Part shown: positions 1 to 12,639 of the stretch, piece by piece
Layout: each line of letters begins with the position of its first letter
Numbering within the stretch: position 1 is the stretch's first letter
Source of the DNA: Lama guanicoe
Taxonomy: Eukaryota
Direction of reading: 5' to 3'
NCBI GenBank assembly: GCA_013239625.1
Contig: MU053810.1
Location: 4,000,071 to 4,064,070 of the forward strand
DNA: 64,000 nt
Notes under the pieces: model-generated
Databases searched by the model: none
What the model was told of the DNA's origin: nothing
The model's input: the letters and a program-made list of their open reading frames with translations, nothing else
Position numbers and translations under genes: made by a program

Positions 1-549
1 AATATTTTGTTACCAACTAGTATGACTCTACCGGTAGGTATTGGCTTAATATTAGCTACACGTGTTCCTATTTTTAGTAGGAATAGGAAAAGCTATAAAA
101 AGATGGCAAGATGGTAGGTATTTGTACAAGGTACAGGAAAAACGTGCTCAGAGAACACCGCATTTGAAAACAATCAGTAAATTTCACACCCCTCAAATAG
201 TCTTATGTTCCAAAGAAAATGAGTCAGAACTTCAAAACAGCATAAGCAGAGCCCAACTTTTTTTTAAAGAAAGTGTTAACATTTATCGTAATGGAGATAG
301 ATTGTGCTCAACACTGGAGGAACTGTAGCTTTGGTTCTTCACTAAAAAAGGCCATGAAATTGTCAGAATGCACTCTCAGTTTCAAATATTTATCTGGCTC
401 TTAGAATACACGAGAACACCAAGAATAAAAATAACACTCTCCATGCATAAGGACAGCTTCCTTGTCAAAGCGTACGTCAGGAGGTGAGGCTCGAAAGCGA
501 AGATGTCGCGGGTCTGCCATGTGCTGCTGGGTGATCTCTGGCGAGCTCA

Positions 550-1031
550 TGTATGACTTAGAATACTGGTTTAACTGCTTCAATAGAGATCAAACTAACG
601 GTGGCTGAAATAAAATACATTACTCTGTTTCTCTTTCATTTAAAAGTCCAAGCTGGTAGGCAGGCAGCTTCAGGTGGTTATTGATTGGAGGACTTGGGCA
701 ATTCCGTGCCGCAAGGCGTGGTCTTACCTGTGCTGTGGCAGGTGTCTCAACACTACATCTACGTTCCTGCCTGTAGGGAATGGGGCTGGGGTGGGGCGGA
801 ATCTAGGAGCGGAAGGTATTCCTTTAAACGGAGGGACCTAACGAGGTACATTCATCAATTCCTGTCACCTGGTTCTTATTGAGCCACCTGACTATATCCA
901 ACTGCAAGGGAGACTGAGAATTGTAATCTCTCATTGGCCAGTCATGCACTTACCTAAAACCATGGAGGTTCTAGTATTACAAGGAGAAAGAAAAGGTGGA
1001 TATTGGGGAACTGTTAGCAGACTCTGCCACA
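550..1031. mobile_element. Old MaLR LTR (MLT1J/K-like)
   Basis: CTGCAAGGGAGACTGAGAATTGTAATCT...GGATATTGGGG...CTCTGCCACA end motif. Confidence 0.6.
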
Positions 1032-3261
1032 TTTAACTACTTTGAGCCCCCTTTTCACCTCTGGGAGACGCAGACAAGTGTTATTGAATGATCCGTGTGT
1101 AGAAACTACTGAACCCAGTGCCTGGCACATGCTAAGTGCTCAACAATAGTTGGTTTCTTCCCTCCCTGTCTTCATGCAATGGCGGCCCTGGTGGTGACCA
1201 CAGGATTCTTGCTTACAGAGGACCCAGGTAGGGAACAAGGCAGACCTGGTATAAGCAACAGTCACGTGGTACCAGTCTAGTCACTGTCATCCTGTGTCAC
1301 ATCCATGAAGATGTGGTCACAAGTTTTACTAATTCACAAGGTTTACTAGTTTACTACTTCTACTAGTCCTCAATTTTTATTGTTAAATAGCATTTTCCTC
1401 TATACCTGGATTCCTTTCTGTTTTGATGAAGTGAGAATTATGCCCTAGAGGGAGCATCTCTAGGAAATATAAAGGATCCCTTCCTGATCAAAGCTCTGAG
1501 GAAGAGTCTCGTAGAAACCTTCCAGGGCCAGCCCTTCAGGTTTTTCTCCTCTACATTCTACTCTCTTAAAATCTACCCCCAAGGGGCTAAGCTCTGCTCG
1601 GGACCACCACTCTTTCTCTTCCATTCAAATCTAGATCCTAGGTTCCCGAGATGCTTCTTTATAATTATTTCTCTATTCTTCCCAGTAATCCCAACATACT
1701 AATCTTAAGATATCTTCCATGTCTTATTACCAGAAGGAGAAGTACTGCCTTCTTCTTAATCACATTTCTCTTATTTTATAATAGGTAGTCTCCAAGATGA
1801 GCCTCAATAATCTTTACCTTATGTCATCACTTTCTTGCATAATCTACTCTCACACAGGATGAGAGCTGACCCGTGGGATCCACAGATTATGGTGGCGGTA
1901 ATGCTGTGTGATATCAAGGCTAGGTCATAAAGGCCACTGAAGCTTTTGCTTTGCTCCTTTGTGGAGCCCTTGCTCTGGGGAACACAAGCCAGGATGCCAT
2001 GAAAACCGCTTTGGGACAAAATTAACCCCGTATCTCCTGAACCAAACTCTCCTGAACCAAACAGACTCCAGCTATGGTATTCCTCACTGTTCTTAGTTGT
2101 AAACAACAACACTGAATCTAAATAGTTTTAAATACATTAAATAACTTTTGGGGGTTCAGAGAACCCCCCAGGAAAGTCGGCGTTGAGCTGAAACAACCCC
2201 AAAGAATCAAGAACTACTCCAGGAAAGACACTGATCCCCCTGCCAGGGCTCTCTCAGACACCACAGCTCACATGGATGATGCTGGTGACCCTGGCCAGAA
2301 ATGACCTCCCCTGTGTGCCTGCTCCTTCCTGTTACTCCATTCAGAGTTTACATCCTGTGCCCGTGGGTGGGTTCAATGTTGCAGCCTAGGTCAAATCTTG
2401 GACCTAGATTCATGGGAGGCTGGGAGAATGAACCCGGGTTTCTAGCTAAGGAGGAAAGGCTCCTACTGTAAGAAAAACGTGTTTAAAAGATCTTGGGCAG
2501 TGACAACAGGACAAATGCCCTTTAGGGTCAGCAACTCTTAAAATGATATGTGCTGTAGTTTATTCAGCTTGAATACAATTACAAGTATTGACTTATTCGG
2601 CAACTGTGGTTTTAAATAGGGTGCACTCTTAAAATTGTGAAGTCTCATTTAACCTCCTAGCATCATTTTCTTCAGTCACAGACTCTGCTTCTCTCTATGT
2701 CCTTCTGTGCTACATCTGAGATGTAATCGTCTTATCTTTTTTTTAATTTATTTATTTTTGAAGTTGTGGCTGGGTTAACAGGAGAAGGGAACACTCCTGA
2801 GGCCTCCAATTCTGTTATTTGGTGGCTTACAGTTTGATTCCAGCGCAGGTATTCTTATTAAGGTATTTGTATTGAAATGTCCTAAGAAATTGTATTTTGG
2901 GGAAAGGCTAGGGTATTACATAATTTGGTTCCCCCATTTATATTTTTTAATATTTAAAATTTGTTTGCATGTCATTTCCTATGGCATAAAGTCATACAAT
3001 TTTAAGGATGAAAGGAATCAGTGAAATCATTAAACCCTGATTTTGTAGTTGAAATAATGAAGGGCCAGGGAGAGGTAAAGATTTGTTCAAAATCATTTAG
3101 TTTTGAAGTCGACCCCAATTCTAGCTTCTATTAGCAAATTATAAGATTCCTTCAGCAAATATCAGAAATCCTAGGTTTTCATGGATATAACTGAAGAATG
3201 AGTGCTGTGGGAGAAAACAGGAAAACATGAAATAACTCTTCTCTCTCCTGTCGGAATTGAC

Positions 3262-3395
3262 AGGGGGACCACACATGCTATTCTGTCTGGGACACTTCTG
3301 ATTTACCCCTGATGTCTGGAATAATTATTAAGAGGAACCTCTTTCTCTTTCAAAACTTGTACTGGTTCAGAACATAAATTATAGATTGGCTTACT
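3262..3395. mobile_element. MER94-like hAT element
   Basis: GGGACAC...AATAATTATTAAGAG...CTTTCAAAA..TGTACTGGTT...ATAAATTATA. Confidence 0.55.
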
Positions 3396-4242
3396 TAATG
3401 AAAAATTTCTTGTTCTTCAATGATTCCATTTGCTCAGCAAATGTATCAAAGTAAAAAGGGTTGGCCTATACTGTAAATACAATGATTAATTGGAGTAAAA
3501 CTGAGGTTGTATGTAACACAGTGATTTTCAAATTCCAAGTCACAGCCATTGGTGGGCCATGAAATGAATTTGGGGTTATAATCAATCTTTAAAAGAAGGA
3601 ATGGAATAGTAGATAAAATACAGTGCGTAGACATAGTAAAGTTAAGTGTTACATATTATGCATATATACAGTAGTGTACTTGTTCTCAGTGTAAAATCTA
3701 TTTCTTGTGGGTAGCAGTAAAAAAAAAAGTGGAAAAGCCATTGCATAGAGAAATCCAGAATTTAAAGAGCTTTACAAAGGAAGATGCAAATTCATGGAAC
3801 TTTATACCACTTTGCAGTCAGCTACTGGATGAACCAGCCGTATCAACAAGGTAACTAAAACAGACACACTCCGAGGCACAGTGAAAAATAGAAAAGATTT
3901 CGCTGCAATTATAGAGTCAGAAGAAGCAACAATTACCTTAAAGTGTCTATTCTTTAGTTGCTTTAGTTTTCTTCATATTCCAAGGTATTATTAAGCAGGT
4001 AACACAATGCAAATCTACCTGCTGCAAATGCTATTTGGCACTTAACTTACAGACTGCCGTCATGTGAGGATGTTATAAGATTTCTAAGACTCAAGGATAA
4101 CTGATTTATTAAAATGCTATTACAGAAAAATGTTGTAGAAGTATATTTTTCATACGAAAGGTATTTTGACACATCAAGTAAAAAATAGTATACTTTTTAA
4201 GGTCTGACCCCATTTTTGTTAAAAATTGTGTGTGTGTGTATA

Positions 4243-4448
4243 TCAGGCTTTGTCAACCTTCGTACTATTGACATTTTGCCCCAGATAATTATTTGTTGTA
4301 GGGGGTTGTCCTATACACCATAGGATATTTAGAAGCATCCTTGGCTTTTACTCACTAGATACCAGCAGCAGCACCTCCTGGTCCCTCCAGTTGTGACAAC
4401 CAAAAACGTCTCTGGATATTGCCAAATCATCCCATTTGAGAACCATTG
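4243..4448. mobile_element. MER20 (hAT-Charlie)
   Basis: ACTATTGACATTTTG..CCAGATAATT...CCAGTTGTGACAACCAAAAACGTCTC...TTGAGAACCATTG. Confidence 0.88.
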
Positions 4449-5350
4449 ATACTAATAATAATTGGCCAAGGAGTTGTCTCTTTAGTGGATGGACTTCTTA
4501 AAATTGTATTTAATTTTCCCTCTTTTTTGCTTCTTTATAGATTCTGATTTTTCTACAATGAACATGTATTATTTTCATAATGAAAAATCCCATAAAACTG
4601 CATTTACATTGAAAAATGTATTGGCTTCACAGCAGTTTGCTTTTGTTTTTGTTTTTATTTTTTATAACTTTGATGTTTGAGGTTCTTAAGCAGAAAGATG
4701 TTCCTGGAAAATCAAATAGGAAGCTCAGATGTACAATTGCAGTGGTTGACCAGCTATGATTTTTTTTCATTTTGCTTTCATTCATTTACTCATTCAAAAT
4801 GTCTGCTTATTAGCGCTATGTCTGTAAGTTTACATAGGATAAAGAGAAAGACTTTAGAAATACAATGTGCTATTCTCCCTGTGCCTTACAGAAAACTGGA
4901 GTTACAAAATATACTTTGCAAATACAATAACTTCCCAAACAAATCAGATTTTGCTGGCATTCAAAACCTCCCCAGGTTGACAAGCCTTCTCATGAATTAC
5001 CTTCTAAAATGTTTATTAGAAGTTGTCCTAGGACCCCTCATATAAAGGTGCAAATATGAGTGCAAAGATGCTCTGTGACGCTGCTTGACTAATGATGAGG
5101 TTAAAACCATCACCATCTAAATGTCATTAAACATACATTATCACACATTCATACTTTGGAAATTTTTTCTGAACATTAGAAGAATGAGATAGACCTCTAT
5201 ATTGTGGCATGAAGATATTTGAAATATATTTGAATATTGAATATTTCAATGAATATTTGAATATCGAAATATATTTAAATGAAAATATTTGAAATATATA
5301 TGAAAATATATTGTGACATGCTCAGTATATACTAGTTAAAGAAAAAAGGC

Positions 5351-6275
5351 CACAGCAAAGGAAACCATAAGTAAAACAAAAAGACAGCCTACGGAATGGG
5401 AGAAAATTTTTGCAAGTGAAACTTACAAAGGCTTTATCTCCAGAATATATAAGCGGCTCATACGACTCAATAAGAAAAAAATAAACAACCCAATCCAAAA
5501 ATGGGCAGAAGACCTAAACAAGCAATTCTCCAAGGAAGACATACAAATGATCAATAGGCACATGAAAAAATGCTCAATATCACAAATTATCACAGAAATG
5601 CAAATCAAAACTACAATGAGGTATCACCTCACACCAGTCAGAATGGCTGTCATTCAAAAATCCACAAGTGACAAATGCTGGAGAGGCTGTGGAGAAAAGG
5701 GAACCCTCCCTCACTGCTGGTGGGAACGCAGTTTGGTGCAGCCACTGTGGAAAACAGCATGGAGATTCCTCAAAAGACTAGGAATAGACTTACCATATGA
5801 CCCAGGAATCCGCTCCTGGGCTTATACCCAGAAGGAACCCTACTTCAGGATGACACCTGCACCCCAATGTTCATAGCAGCACTATTTACAATAGCCAAAA
5901 CATGGAAACAGCCTAAATGTCCATCAACAGGTGACTGGATAAAGAAGAGGTGGTATATTTATACAATGGAATACTACTCAGCCATAAAAACACAAAAACA
6001 GAAATAGACTCACAGACATAGAATACAAACTTGTGGTTGCCAAGGGGGCAGAGGGTGGGGAGGGACAGACGGAATTTCAGAATTGTAGAACAGATAAACA
6101 AGATGATACTGTATAGCACAGGGAAATATACACAAGATCTTATGGTAGCTCACAGAGGAAAAAATGTGACAATGAACATATGTATGTTCATGTATGACTG
6201 AGAAATTATGCTCTACACTGGAATTTGACACAACATTGTAAGATGATTATAAATCAAAAAAAAAAAGCTAAATAA
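5351..6275 (+). mobile_element. Young 5'-truncated L1 (ORF2 C-terminus plus 3' UTR)
   Basis: ORF2-like peptide [29 protein letters not shown]...[12 protein letters not shown]-rich tail. Perfect 13-bp TSD AAAGAAAAAAGGC at 5338-5350 and 6276-6288. Confidence 0.95.
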
Positions 6276-6944
6276 AAAGAAAAAAGGCATAAGTGTAAGA
6301 ATATATGCACAGTATAATCTCACTATGAAAAAATTTTACAGGCATCTATGCATATAAAATACACAATCTGTATATGTCTATAAAAGTTCCAGAAATATCT
6401 GTAACAAATGGTGTGTGAAATAGGGGAGATGGGCTGGAAGGGAATGTCACTTTTATTTTTACATGTTTGTATCACTTTAATTTTTTACAACATGTATTAT
6501 TTTAAAATAATACAAAGCGATTTTGAAAGAACTTCACATCTACCCTACATCATTTCATTTCCTTGAGTCTTGGTGAAATAGTTACGTAACAGTTGGGCAT
6601 TTTTACAGCTGACCTCTTAGTCATTGAGGGTGTGTGTCTCTCAGCCTGGCCTTCTACCCACACAGAGGGAGAGCAGCGTGAGAAGGAACCTCCTCTTTCT
6701 CCATCTGTCTCTAGGAAGCATAAGCCGTGTTATCGTGTTCTCGTGCTTACAAGTGTTTAACTACTAGGTGAACACTGAAGATTGTGGATATTTAACCTGT
6801 TGGCACACAACCAGACAACTGAGTTATAACAGAACCACCCTTGGCAACAGATTACTGCGTACACTGCTTTGTTATTTAACATTTGTGTGTGTGTGTAATG
6901 TCTTGTTTTCCCTACTTGATGTTAAGCCCTTTATCAACAGGGGC

Positions 6945-7308
6945 TGTCTTAATCCATTTGGGCTGTTATAACAAAATGCCACAGAGTGGGTAATTTATAA
7001 ACAACAGAAATTTACTTCTCAAGGTTCTGGAAGCTGGAAGCCTGAGATCAGGGTGCCAGTATGGTGGGCTTTGGTGAGGACCTTCTTCTGGGGCCGGAGG
7101 AGGGTGGGTATCTTGTTTTGTCCTCACATGATGATAGGGGTTAGGGACTTCTGGAACCTCTTTTATAAACACTAGCCCCATTCCTGAGGGCTCTATCCTT
7201 GTGATTTAAACCCTATCTAAAGCCCCCCACCTCCTAATACCATCATCTTTGCAGGTTAAGATTTCTATGTATGAGTTCTGGGGGGACACAAACTTTCAAA
7301 CCGTATCA
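6945..7308 (-). mobile_element. MaLR LTR, MLT1A-like
   Basis: TGTCTTAATCCATTTGGGCTGTTATAACAAAATGCCACAGA...GGGGGGACACAAAC. Confidence 0.88.
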
Positions 7309-8685
7309 TAGACCGTAGACTATATTTTTATTTCTCCCTCTGCAAGTAGCCAAACTAGTTATTATTAGTAGATCTGATCTTTATATCGGCTAAGGTAACC
7401 AGAAGCAGGCAGCAGAACAGTGTCTGGTTTAATAACTCCTTTCCTAACATAATTCCAAGTCTGATGAGTGGAATGCTGGGAACACCTCAGGTTTGGGGCT
7501 TCGCCCCTTCATGCTAGAATGATTCAAAACTATTCATGGGGACTGACTACTCTGTGCAAATGATGCCACTGGAACCAACTTGTGAATGACAGCTCTGACC
7601 TTCTTTCCTTTCTTTCAATATTCCATTGAATCTGCAAGATGAAAAAATGCCATTGCACAGGTAGGGACTTGAAACACATGGCTAATCACTAGAGGAACCG
7701 TTGGAATATACACCAAAAGGATCTGCACATTTTCCCCAGCCTAAACCTACAAGTCAGTGATTATATATACTTTCCAGCTTCTTCTCCATTCTTCATCTTA
7801 TTTTTTTCTTCCTATAAAAAGCAAAAACCTTGATTACTTGATCCAGTTACCATAAATTGATTTAGATTTTCTGGAGTTATGAGATCTGCAGATAATAGGA
7901 TTTTCAGCGATATTCATAAATACAATTTCAGAAGAGCCACAAGGTTTAAAAAATTAAGAGGAGCTTTCACTTCTGCCTGGAAATTTCACTTCCAGCCAGT
8001 GACATGTCAGTAGTGGTAAATGTGCTGGAGAGAGAATATTGTGGTGTTTGCATGAGATGGTGCCCTTTATTTATTTATTTGTTCACTTTAAATTATCAGT
8101 TTAATAGCACAAATATGTATCAACCCACACAATGCTTCCCAGGATGCCTGCCTTTATTGCTGACATTCCAGTTTTACTTATTCAGAAATACCTGTTGAGA
8201 GCCTGCTGTGTCTCAAGCACTTTTCAGACTCTTTTCCACCACGTATTGTATATTTTAAGTTTGGCTGGTTCTATGTACGGTTAAACTGGGACATATTTCC
8301 ATATGCTTTAGACATATTGGTGCTCATTCATTGTTGGATAGAGTGTGAAATTATTTTTTATATCATGATGATTACATAAAAAGTTCAAGAAAAAACCAAA
8401 GTATAAATTCAAATAGCATTTCACTAGCCCAGCTCCTCAAATATCCCTTCCACCTAGGCCTAAATGATTTAGTTTTGGTAAGTTTCAACTCCTTGATATC
8501 ATTTAACAATTATGTTTAAGTGCTATACAGAATGCAGGGAATTTGTCAGAAAAATCATTAAGATACATAAAATGTCTGTGATTTCTGGAATAATGTCACA
8601 AAGTCAGTGTTGCTGCTGCTGAGACACTTTATATAAATAATACATAATCATCTTTTTATATCAAATACCTGGCACATAGTAGGTT

Positions 8686-10170
8686 GTTTTTTTTAAACAG
8701 CTTTGCTTAGATGTAATTCATATGCCATAACATTCATCCTTTAAAAATGTTCAATTTAGTGGTTTCTAGTATATTCACAGAGTTGTGCAACCATCACCAT
8801 AATCTAACTTTAAACATTTTCATCATGCCCCAAAAGAAATCCACTCTAATTGGTAGTGAGCCCCCATCCCCTCTTTTCCCCAGCCCCTGGCAACCATGAA
8901 TCTATTTTCTATGTCTATGAATTTGCCTATTCTGGACATTTCACAACGATGGAGTCATACAGATGTGGACTTTTGTGTCTAGTTCCTTTCAATTTCAATA
9001 AGGTTCACCCATGTTGCAGCACATATCAGCACTTCATTCTTTTTATGGCTGAATAGTATTTCACTGTGTGGCTATACCACATTTGTTTATTCATTTGTTG
9101 ATGGATAACTGGGTTGTTTCCACTTTTTGGCAATTATGAATAATGCTACTTAGAACACTGATGTATATTTTTTGTATGGACATATGTCTTTTTATCTTTT
9201 GGTTATATACCTAGCAGTGTAATTACTGGTTCATGTGATAATTCTATGTGTAACCTTGAATTGCCAAATTGTTTTTCAAAACGTTTTCAAAGTGTTTTTC
9301 AAAGTTCCATTTTAAAATCCCACAAGCAACGTATAAGAGTTCTAATATCTCCATTATTTTCATCAACACTTGCTACTGTCTGTCTTTTTAATTATAGCCA
9401 TCCAAGTGTGTGTGAAGCGTATGTCACTGTGAGTTTTGATTTACATTTCCTTAATGACTAATGATGTTGAGTGCTCTTCCATGCACTTACTGACTGTATA
9501 CCTTCTTTGGAGAAATGTCTATACAAATTATTCGTCCATTTAAAAAACTGGGTTATTTGTCTTTTTATCATTGAATTATAACACTTGTTTGTATATTCTT
9601 TTCATATTTCAAAGTCCTTACAGATATATGATTTATAAATATAGTTTTCCATGATTCGGTTTGCCTTTTCATTTTTTTCTATGGTGTCTTTTGAAGCACA
9701 AAGTTTTCAGTTTTGATGAAGTCCAATTTACCTATTTTTCTCTTTTTGTTGTTTTGTGTGTGTGTGTGTGTGTGTCATAGCTAAGAAACTATTGCCTACT
9801 TTCTGGACACTGAGATTTCTGCCTCAAATATCTTCTAAGGATTTGATAGTTTCCACTCTTTATTTTGATACATTTTAAGTTAATTTTTATATATGTTGAG
9901 GGGTATCACTTCATTCTTTGGTATCTAGTTGTCCCAGCACTGTTGAAAAAGCTGTTCTTTCTCCCATTGAATTATCTGAGCACCCAGTCAAAGACAATTG
10001 ATCATAAACATACAGCTTTATGTCTGGACTCTCAGTTCTATTCCATTGATCTGTAAGTTTATCTTTATGCCAGTACCACATGGTCCTGATAACTGTAGCT
10101 TTGTGGTAAGTTTTGGAATTGGGAACATGAGTCCTTCAACTTTGTTCTTTTTCAAGATTATTTTTCATGC
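8686..10170 (-). mobile_element. Old L1 (L1MB-like) 3' UTR and ORF2 end
   Basis: Typical antisense L1M motifs (TATATTCACAGAGTTGTGCAACCATCACC; TCTTTGGAGAAATGTCTA; TTTGATGAAGTCCAATTTA). Confidence 0.85.
9755..9775. repeat. (TG)n microsatellite
   Basis: Seen directly. Confidence 0.9.
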
Positions 10171-11041
10171 TAGGTTTGTAAAGAAATGATTCTTTAATAA
10201 GTGAATAAATCGACAAATGTTTATATTTTTAAAAGCTTTATTTTGAGGGGAGGAGAAGAGGTTGGGAATTTTACTGTCTTTTAAGGACTGTAGCTTAGGG
10301 ATGGTGGTACTTAGATATATATACCTTCAAAAAACATGCCAGGATTGAATGCTATTTTACAAAGATGCCTTTGGTGCCTAGATTTCTGCTGCCTGGGCTG
10401 CAGGACAGAATCTGTTTCTAAAGTCCCTGTAATTGACACCTTGCTGGAAGCATAGCAGGTGCTCAATAAATATTCATTGATTAAACGACTTGTCCTTTTT
10501 GATTTGTTTTAATCTGTGGATTGTCTTGTTGCTATCTTTTGGTGGATAGTTGATGAAATTTCCTGTTTTTCTAGCCTATTCAATAACTGGTTTGGTTTAG
10601 AAACCTAGTTTCCTAAACTTCTGCCAGTTTTCTGCACAGCCCCCAAATATGCTAGACAGATGATTTTCCAGAAGGGAATCATTAGGAATTCTTTTCAGAT
10701 GGAGTATCAAGGAATCAGATCTGCTGCTCCCTCTTTCCCACCCTAACTTTTTTGCTATCACTTGCAAGGCCTTGCTTTCTGTCACACTCCAAGGGCAGAA
10801 AACAACTCTCATTTCCAAGGCTGGCAATCATCCCTGCTTTGAGCTTCTTGAAGTACCATTTCTTCTAGGAAGATTTTCCAGACCAAGGTACAGAATGGCA
10901 CTGAGTCTCGCAGTGAATATGCAGTGTTATAGACGCACTGTCCCCACAGAAACTAAAAGAAAAAAAAAACCCCAAAAAACAGAGAGCCTTCACATACGTT
11001 AAAGTCTCAAATCTTTGCATCTTTGTTTGTATTTGTTTTCC

Positions 11042-11472
11042 TGTTAAAAAAAGAAAGAAATAGGCCCAAAATGGGCCCCATAACAACTAACAAAGATTAC
11101 ATTGCAGTTTCAACTTTCTGCTGAAATGTAATCTTAATCAACCAGTTTGGAATCATCTGCTCAGCACCAATGAGGTCATCTGTCCTGTAGGCCTTCTTCA
11201 TCCCCTAGAGGAAGAAGAAGCAATCTGCCTGATAAAACACTTGACCGACCTTAGCCTTGCCTCCTCCAAAAGTCCTGAACTAAAAATAATTTTTTTTTCT
11301 AATGACTCTTTATTAAGAAGGCCCCACCCTTCTTCCTACTAAAAAAGTTTCCATTTTGTTCAACCCCTTCTAGTAGCTAGTTGGGATGCTGCCTGATGGA
11401 ATTAAGCCTGGATTGCTTAATAAAGCCAATCAGAATATCAAATTTAATGACTGAATTTTGGTTTTTTTGACA
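11042..11472 (+). mobile_element. ERV1-class solo LTR
   Basis: TGTT...GACA termini, perfect 4-bp TSD TTCC, AATAAA about 50 nt from the 3' end. Confidence 0.8.
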
Positions 11473-12639
11473 TTCCTAATTTCGTACATCAAATCTAGTC
11501 TGTCTTCTGTGTACCTAGCCTTATTTCCCCCCACTGTGTTTACCCTAGTCTGTTCAAAACACAAGCTTGCTTTAGGATTTAAATTAAAAAAAAAAGTTTT
11601 CTTATCTCCCTCCATGCTCCTGTTTTCTATCTCTGCTAGGCACACAATGGGCACTCAGTAAATACTATTTGAGGATTATTTTATTGCTAATAGTTTTGTC
11701 TTCTGTTTCAGAACGCCAGCTACTGAAAGGCTAAAGACAGCTGAATACACAGAGCAGGAGATAACCCCCAAATCATTGATGAAACCTAAGTAATTTCTCT
11801 TTTCTACTTAGCCAGACAGGTTTACAAGCGAAAAGCTGGTTACGTATTTACGTGGTTGTTTTTCCTTCTGAGCTGATTTACCTAACAGGTTCAAGTGACC
11901 TGAGCAAAAGCTGCTGGGATCCTGCCAGTCACACCTACCATGGCAAATTAAAAACCCTGGTCAGGAGATGGTAAAACTGGCTTCACTGCCTTGGGAACTC
12001 CTCGCTCATTAATTCATTCAGTAAATATTAGTTTCAACTCTGTGCTTGCGTTTGTAACCGTAATAGCCAACAAGATGAAGTCTTTCCATTCGTGGAATCT
12101 ACATTTCAGCGGAAGGGTGAGGGGAGGCATATATCATAACCTCAGCTATTTCCCCCCACACTCAAACGCTGAGACAGCTCCTAGGTTCACTTTGAAAGTT
12201 TTAGAGCCCTAGTTCAGCATGTGATCAAAGCTCAGAATAAAGCAAAAGCAGCCCACTACTATATTCAGTACATGGTTGATCATGTGAATATTATGGCTTT
12301 CCTCTACAAACACGGACAACTAACACAGTTAGGTAGAACTGTTTTCAATATTCTATTCCATTTCAACATTCTCAGAATCCATCATGACCCCGTCCACTTT
12401 GCCTCTGGCCTCTGGTTAGCAGCTACACCCATTTTCAAAAGGCCAGAGGTAGTGAGGCATTTGGTATTTCGCCCAAGTCTTGCATTTGCTTGTCGACATG
12501 GGTTAGGGGTGCCGAAAAGTTTCGGTTTAGCAGGGGAGCAAGGTCCTGGGGAGAAAGGCGGCGTCAAGCTACGTTAACAATATCATCAGAGGAATGAAAT
12601 GAAAAAGACTGCAGTGGTGCTCTGATCCTGCAGAGGCCA

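Larger units (their letters stand above)
78..12260 (+). pseudogene. Candidate 3' exons of an upstream small-exon gene (possibly CCDC7-like, degenerate)
   Basis: Exons 78-113, 2764-2848, 3749-3850, 7619-7660, 11712-11789 and 11889 onward chain in frame with one internal TGA and one AA acceptor. AATAAA at 12236-12241. Confidence 0.35.

Noticed and set aside
2033..2062. 15-bp tandem duplication TCTCCTGAACCAAAC x2
   Set aside because: Ordinary slippage duplication; only two units and no spacers, so not CRISPR-like.
5547..5876. 109-aa ORF
   Set aside because: L1 ORF2 remnant, not a host gene.
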